From the NCBI GenBank assembly GCA_044375755.1, contig JBILMC010000001.1:1-44786 (forward strand): a stretch of DNA of 44,786 bases. The letters run 5' to 3'. A program made the position numbers and the translations under genes. This stretch comes from Chitinophagaceae bacterium (GTDB taxonomy: Bacteria; Bacteroidota; Bacteroidia; Chitinophagales; Chitinophagaceae). A model generated the notes under the pieces. It worked only from the letters and a program-made list of their open reading frames with translations. It had not been told where the DNA came from and searched no databases. Of the stretch, positions 41,545 through 44,786 are shown piece by piece. Numbering within the stretch: position 1 is the first letter of the stretch; the number at the start of each line of letters is the position of its first letter.

Positions 41545-42600
41545 ATGCCAGCCGAACGAGTCGATATCATCCGCTTTTTAGCTCTGGCTTCTTCTTATCC
41601 CATACTGGATGTAAGAAGTCCGGGAGAATTTGCACATGCGCATATTCCGGACGCTCACTCGTTTCCTTTGTTTACTGATGAAGAAAGAAAAATTGTAGGG
41701 ACAACTTATAAACAAAAAAGTAGGGAAGAGGCAATCAAAATCGGATTAGATTTTTTTGGACCTACACTTAAGCGGCGAATTATAGATGCTGAACAAATAA
41801 CCTCGGGTGGAAAAACGCTGCTGGTACATTGCTGGCGAGGTGGAATGCGCAGTGCTGCCATTTCGTGGTTACTGGATCTTTATGGTTTTAAAGTGTACAC
41901 ACTAGCCGGTGGATATAAAGCCTATCGAAACTGGGTATTGGAGCAATTCAAAAAAAAGTATCCAATAATTTTAGTGGGGGGATATACTGGCTCTGGAAAA
42001 ACAGAGTTGTTGCAAGCCATGCAGGAAGCAGACGAAGCAGTAATTGATCTGGAACAATTAGCTTCGCACAAAGGATCTGCATTTGGAAACATTGGACAGC
42101 CTGCACAGCCCGGCCAAGAACAATTTGAAAACAATTTAGCCACAGCACTAACGCGTGCATCTAGCTCCGAACACAATCACAAGTATCTCTGGCTCGAAGA
42201 TGAATCACAACGAATCGGAAGTATCAATTTACCGAACGATCTATGGAGCACCATGCGAAGCTCTCCCGTTTATTTTCTAGATATTCCTTTTGAAGAGCGC
42301 CTGGGCCACATTGTAGAAGAATATAGCAAGCTTGATAAAACCGCACTACTTGATGCGATTGGTCGTATCACTAAAAAACTAGGGCACCTGCAAGCAAGTC
42401 TAGCAATCGATTTTATAAAAGAAGACAATTATCAAGCGGGTTTTGAAATATTGCTTCGCTATTATGATAAGTTGTATGCAAAGTCACTTCAAAATCGAGA
42501 ACAACTAGATCGTTTACTTACACAAATTCCCGCCGCCAAAACAGGTGCCGCCAATTTGAAATTAATTTTATCCGTCAATACACAAACTCATGTCCGCTGA
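41545..42600 (+). CDS. selU: tRNA 2-selenouridine synthase (MnmH/SelU)
   Basis: Rhodanese domain DVRSPGEFAHAHIP, VGTTYKQ, HCWRGGMRS, GGYKAYR; P-loop GYTGSGKT; DLEQLASHKGSAFG; EDESQRIG. Confidence 0.93.
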   Translation: MPAERVDIIRFLALASSYPILDVRSPGEFAHAHIPDAHSFPLFTDEERKIVGTTYKQKSREEAIKIGLDFFGPTLKRRIIDAEQITSGGKTLLVHCWRGGMRSAAISWLLDLYGFKVYTLAGGYKAYRNWVLEQFKKKYPIILVGGYTGSGKTELLQAMQEADEAVIDLEQLASHKGSAFGNIGQPAQPGQEQFENNLATALTRASSSEHNHKYLWLEDESQRIGSINLPNDLWSTMRSSPVYFLDIPFEERLGHIVEEYSKLDKTALLDAIGRITKKLGHLQASLAIDFIKEDNYQAGFEILLRYYDKLYAKSLQNREQLDRLLTQIPAAKTGAANLKLILSVNTQTHVR

Positions 42601-43645
42601 AGAAATAAAGCTCACCTCCTTTTCACACGGTGCAGGTTGCGGTTGTAAAATCGCACCAAAAGTTTTAGAAGAGATTCTACACAGCAATCTTTCACTGCCA
42701 GATAATAAAAATTTATTAGTAGGAAATCATAGCAATGACGATGCGGCTGTCTATGATTTAGGAAATGGAATGGCGCTCATTTCTACAACCGACTTTTTTA
42801 CTCCCATTGTTAATGATCCTCATTTATTTGGAAGAGTCTCCGCAGCCAATGCCATAAGCGACGTGTATGCAATGGGAGGAAAGCCACTACTCGCCATTGC
42901 TATTTTGGGTTGGCCTGTAGAAAAACTATCTGCCACCATTGCGCAACAAGTAATCGAAGGGGGAAGAACAATTTGTGCAGAAGCCGGAATTCCATTGGCA
43001 GGTGGACATAGCATTGATTCCCCAGAACCTATTTTTGGTTTAGCAGTAAGCGGTATTGTTCCCATTTCTCAACTAAAGAAAAATAATACCGCGCGAAAAG
43101 GTGATGTATTATTATTAACTAAACCATTGGGGGTTGGAATTTTGTCTACGGCCGAAAAAAGAGGACTACTTCAACCTGAACATCGTACGGTTTTAGAAAA
43201 ACAACTAACCACACTCAACTCAATTGGTGAAAAACTAGGAGCTATACCTGGAGTGCATTCGATGACAGATGTAACTGGTTTTGGATTGATGGGACACGCA
43301 TTAGAAATGGCAATAGGAAGTGGACTAAGTGCACAAATCAACTATGGAAAAGTTCCATTAATGGAGGGGGCGCGTGATTACATTGCGCAACGCATTACTC
43401 CTGATGCTACACCAAGAAACTGGAACAGCTACAGCACCAAGGTCAAATTTGAAAAAGGCGTGAACGTGATGGAAGCTTTTACAGTTTTACCAGATCCTCA
43501 AACCAATGGAGGTTTACTAATCAGTGTAAGCGAAGTGGCCTTGCAAGAAGTTCAAGCAATTTTTAGTGCAAATGGTCTTGCAGCTTGTTGTGAGCCTATA
43601 GGAAAAATGATAGCGTCGGGTGAGCACCCACTAACCGTGTTGTAA
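42590..43645 (+). CDS. selD: Selenide, water dikinase (selenophosphate synthetase), Cys-type
   Basis: SHGAGCGCKIAP, DDAAV, TTDFFTP, NAISDVYAMGG, AGGHSI, LTKPLG, TDVTGFGL, DPQTNGGLL. Confidence 0.95.
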   Translation: MSAEEIKLTSFSHGAGCGCKIAPKVLEEILHSNLSLPDNKNLLVGNHSNDDAAVYDLGNGMALISTTDFFTPIVNDPHLFGRVSAANAISDVYAMGGKPLLAIAILGWPVEKLSATIAQQVIEGGRTICAEAGIPLAGGHSIDSPEPIFGLAVSGIVPISQLKKNNTARKGDVLLLTKPLGVGILSTAEKRGLLQPEHRTVLEKQLTTLNSIGEKLGAIPGVHSMTDVTGFGLMGHALEMAIGSGLSAQINYGKVPLMEGARDYIAQRITPDATPRNWNSYSTKVKFEKGVNVMEAFTVLPDPQTNGGLLISVSEVALQEVQAIFSANGLAACCEPIGKMIASGEHPLTVL

Positions 43646-43647
43646 AA

Positions 43648-44094
43648 CTAAAACACCAGATTTTCTTTATTCTTGATTTGTTCAATCGGTAATTCAGCAA
43701 CCAACTGAACCGGAGGTATGCTTCGAATAACTTGAATAGTTTGTTGGATTGACGCATCACTCACTTCATCTTCTTTCATCAACCATAAAAAATCAAGATG
43801 CTTGAATTCGGGTAACAAAAATTCTCCATCAAATTTGTTAGAGTAGATATAGTGCTCCAATGAACCCGTTGGTTCACGATACTCATACACCGAAAACAGG
43901 TATTGTCTTTTTTTATAAATACGCTTGATCTCTAATTCATTGATACGAAAATCCAGACCAATTGAATTATTCAGGTGCCAACAAAATTGATACCCACGAA
44001 TGGGGGCTACAATACCGAGCAAACGAGTGCCTTCAAAAAAAGCCTCTGTAATAAGAGAGTTATCAAGAACTAATTTATTGACGCGGTCTGCCAT
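43648..44094 (-). CDS. Conserved Bacteroidota hypothetical protein (IPExxxVDY-like family)
   Basis: LLGIV...YQFCWHLN, SNK...LLPEFKHLDF, C-terminal KNKENLVF. -7 element TAGGTTTG at 44102-44109. Confidence 0.65.
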   Translation of the reverse strand: MADRVNKLVLDNSLITEAFFEGTRLLGIVAPIRGYQFCWHLNNSIGLDFRINELEIKRIYKKRQYLFSVYEYREPTGSLEHYIYSNKFDGEFLLPEFKHLDFLWLMKEDEVSDASIQQTIQVIRSIPPVQLVAELPIEQIKNKENLVF

Positions 44095-44127
44095 ACATTA
44101 ACAAACCTAAGTTACAACACAACCGAA

Positions 44128-44786
44128 TTAAAATCGAACTTCAACCTTGAATTGCTCTGTTCCTCGCTGGTAAATCACAGTAGCCGTGTCTCCTTTTTTA
44201 AATTTACCCAGCGTCTGCATGTACGACTCCATAGAGTTTACTTTATAGTCTCCAATCTGTAACACAATATCTCCGGCCTTCAGTCCCGCCTTTTGAGCAG
44301 GCTTGCCCTCACTTACTCCATCTGCACGAACACCGTTGCCACTATAGGTATAATCGGGCATGATTCCCATTGAAACACTAAAGCGAGCCGTTGTAGTAGT
44401 TTGCGCTTCGCGTGTTTTTAAAAAAGCCAAACGCCCCTGTGCATTCGCTCCTTCAATTACATTTTTAGCATGTTGCAAAATATTGACCATGCCTTTATAG
44501 TTGATGTGGTCTGCGTCGTCGGACGGCTTGTGATAATCGGTGTGTAGTCCGGTAAAATAAAATAGAACAGGAATGTCTTTTCTGTAAAACGACGTGTGAT
44601 CACTGGGGCCAGAACCGCTAGAATCAATTTTGATCTGCAAATTGCCCGCACTACGCAGATTGTTCTGCACATTCACTAAAGAAGCCCAGGCAGGAGAAGT
44701 GCCATAGCCACCAATTGTAATTGTTTTAGCACTGTCATTCAATCTTCCCACCATATCCATATTGATCATGTAGTTAATACTCTTCA
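44128..44786 (-). CDS. M28-family peptidase with C-terminal PDZ domain; partial, start lies beyond the window
   Basis: NMDMVGR, SDHTSFY, HTDYHKPSD, PDZ SMGIMPD...PAQKAGLKAGDIV. The frame stays open (KSINY) to the window edge. Confidence 0.88.
   Translation of the reverse strand, partial: KSINYMINMDMVGRLNDSAKTITIGGYGTSPAWASLVNVQNNLRSAGNLQIKIDSSGSGPSDHTSFYRKDIPVLFYFTGLHTDYHKPSDDADHINYKGMVNILQHAKNVIEGANAQGRLAFLKTREAQTTTTARFSVSMGIMPDYTYSGNGVRADGVSEGKPAQKAGLKAGDIVLQIGDYKVNSMESYMQTLGKFKKGDTATVIYQRGTEQFKVEVRF

Noticed and set aside
42590-42660. Selenocysteine recoding in SelD or neighbours
   Set aside because: Active-site codons are TGC/TGT; no in-frame UGA interrupts any recognised protein.
1-44786. 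CRISPR arrays, tRNA/rRNA, IS elements, prophage
   Set aside because: The largest intergenic gaps are about 230 bp, with no spaced repeats, cloverleaf signatures, transposase or phage genes seen.

Overview
A compact (~96% coding by my tally of intergenic gaps) core-chromosome segment from a Bacteroidota organism, most plausibly Chitinophagaceae-like. The phylum call rests on recurrent TAnnTTTG -7 promoters, no evident Shine-Dalgarno usage, and GH3-, PspC/PadR- and IPExxxVDY-type proteins; the family call is inference. It holds about 37 mostly housekeeping CDSs: partial 2-oxoacid dehydrogenase E1, an M16 peptidase pair, mqnC, ybdL-like aminotransferase, Man-1-P guanylyltransferase, KpsF/GutQ, recQ, OmpA/MotB lipoprotein, TetA-like MFS, GTP-type PEP carboxykinase, nfu-pnuC-NadR-type kinase, GH3-mtgA, suhB-thiL, omega-amidase, recX, dnaN-desaturase-kdsB, a Gly-rich beta-barrel, a SWIM-SNF2 ATPase, gcvT-SRPBCC-comB, padR-pspC, DUF3089-type hydrolase, USP, asnS, rho, selU-selD and a partial M28-PDZ peptidase. 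I saw no mobile element, CRISPR array, tRNA or rRNA, and no clear-cut new multi-gene system. The best leads are: a Rho lacking the N-terminal helical domain but carrying an AT-hook-like motif; a terminator directly abutting the selU-selD start; many near-leaderless promoters; a GH3 ligase coupled to mtgA; a PadR-type palindrome over its own promoter; and a CRP/FNR-like site upstream of the USP gene. All annotations come from motif recognition without database searches.
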